Part shown: in pieces, positions 47,150 to 48,254 of the stretch
Numbering within the stretch: the stretch's first letter is position 1
Layout of the letters: the number at the start of each line of letters is the position of its first letter
Assembly (NCBI GenBank): GCA_964393715.1
Contig: CAYMVE010000002.1
Location: 1-48,254, forward strand
DNA from: an uncultured Bacteroidales bacterium
Lineage (GTDB): Bacteria; Bacteroidota; Bacteroidia; Bacteroidales; JALTDM01
Length of the DNA stretch: 48,254 bases
Direction of reading: 5' to 3'
Translations under genes and position numbers: made by a program
Notes under the pieces: model-generated
The model's database searches: none
What the model was told of the DNA's origin: nothing
The model's input: the letters and a program-made list of their open reading frames with translations, nothing else

Positions 47150-47406
47150 AAACTATTTTTTCAAACACAGTAACATAAAACATCTAAAATTTTTCCATTA
47201 AAATTTTGTCATAAAATAATTTACACAAATTTAGTCTATTCCACAAATTGCCAGCAATGTTCATACCGTCAAGACTTCATCTGTTTTAGCAAGATTTATA
47301 GGGCGATATTGAAATTGCACAAAAAATTATAAAAAATCCACATTGTTGTTGCAGTTTGAATTAATTTGTTTATTTTTACCAGCCGAAAAATAAAACTATT
47401 TCAAAA

Positions 47407-47640
47407 ATGAAATTTTTCAAACTTTTGTGGCAAATGTATGTAGATGCTTTCAAACACGGACTTTCCAGAAAATTATTTGTAATCATTGCCATAAAGTTGT
47501 TTATCATGTTTGCGATCCTCAAAGCATTCTTTTTTCACGATTATTTGGACCAAAAATTTAAAGACAACAATACACAAAAAAGTGAATATGTGCTAAATAA
47601 TTTAATTAGCAATCAATCTAAAACAAACATAAAAAACTAA
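47407..47640 (+). CDS. DUF4492-like small membrane protein that precedes cydA in Bacteroidota
   Basis: 77 aa with one TM segment. Ends 5 nt before the cydA ATG, an arrangement I recall as typical of Bacteroidota cyd operons. Confidence 0.7.
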   Translation: MKFFKLLWQMYVDAFKHGLSRKLFVIIAIKLFIMFAILKAFFFHDYLDQKFKDNNTQKSEYVLNNLISNQSKTNIKN

Positions 47641-47645
47641 AAACT

Positions 47646-48254
47646 ATGGGAGTAGATTTTGCATTAGTTGACTGGTCGAGAGCCCAATTTGCACTTACGG
47701 CCATTTATCACTGGATTTTTGTGCCGTTAACCCTCGGGCTGTCGTTTATTGTGGCTATTATGCACACAATTTATGTAAAAACCGGTAGCGAAGATTGGAA
47801 ACGGATTACCAAATTCTGGATGAAACTGTTCGGGATTAACTTTGCTATTGGTGTAGCAACCGGTATCATTCTCGAATTTGAGTTTGGTACCAATTGGTCT
47901 AACTACTCGTGGTTTGTGGGTGACATTTTTGGAGCCCCACTTGCCATTGAAGGTATTCTGGCATTTTTCATGGAAGCCACATTTGTTGCGGTAATGTTTT
48001 TTGGCTGGGGCAGAGTGAGCAAAAAGTTTCACATGCTATCTTCCTGGCTTACCGCCATTGGAACCAACCTGTCCGCCACATGGATTCTTATTGCCAATGC
48101 ATGGATGCAACATCCGGTAGGAATGCAGTTTAATCCGGACACTGCCAGAAACGAAATGATGAGTTTTGCCGATTTGGTATTGAACCCTACGGCTGTAACC
48201 AAATTCCTGCACACTATATCACAAGCGTATTTGCTGGCAGGCACATTTGTTATG
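47646..48254 (+). CDS. cydA: Cytochrome bd ubiquinol oxidase subunit I (5' part; runs off the window)
   Basis: An open frame from the ATG at 47646 to the window edge (203 codons). Contains [35 protein letters not shown] and [18 protein letters not shown], which are characteristic of CydA. It is not in the ORF track because no stop is reached. Confidence 0.93.
   Translation, partial: MGVDFALVDWSRAQFALTAIYHWIFVPLTLGLSFIVAIMHTIYVKTGSEDWKRITKFWMKLFGINFAIGVATGIILEFEFGTNWSNYSWFVGDIFGAPLAIEGILAFFMEATFVAVMFFGWGRVSKKFHMLSSWLTAIGTNLSATWILIANAWMQHPVGMQFNPDTARNEMMSFADLVLNPTAVTKFLHTISQAYLLAGTFVM

Noticed and set aside
47727-48244. Two minus-strand ORFs (101 aa and 71 aa) at the right edge of the window.
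   Set aside because: They are antisense to an unmistakable cydA reading frame. That frame is missing from the ORF track only because it has no stop within the window.

Overview
This is an AT-rich chromosomal segment that looks like Bacteroidota. Supporting evidence: many exact TAnnTTTG -7 promoter boxes just upstream of start codons, type A and type B T9SS C-terminal sorting domains, SprB-type repeats, an S46 dipeptidyl-peptidase, a 286-aa primary sigma factor and a DUF4492-cydA arrangement. I support 39 CDS (one truncated at the 3' edge) and one tRNA with a CAT anticodon.

I saw no rRNA, CRISPR array, integrase, transposase, phage genes or recognisable defence genes. Most of the window is housekeeping: corA, der-ruvX-def, lptF/G, rpoD, gcvP, queA, dnaE, psd, yicC and cydA. 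It also holds amino-acid and peptide catabolism genes: S46 peptidase, formiminotransferase-cyclodeaminase, P5C dehydrogenase, agmatinase and aminotransferases. That mix suggests, by inference only, a peptide-fermenting lifestyle.

I found no clear-cut novel system. The loci most worth follow-up are:
- an orphan SiaB/SiaC-like kinase and phospho-acceptor pair directly behind gcvP, with no phosphatase or cyclase partner in the window;
- an output-less Cache-HAMP-GAF-PAS sensor translationally coupled to a small lipoprotein;
- a perfect 9-1-9 palindrome with a Fur-family 7-1-7 core upstream of a peroxiredoxin gene;
- a three-gene operon of small membrane proteins next to the tRNA;
- a DUF2378/H-NOX-like protein divergent from the cytochrome bd operon;
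- a 1483-aa SprB-repeat adhesin with a type B T9SS tail and no adjacent PorP/SprF-like partner.

All family assignments come from reading motifs by eye. No searches were run.
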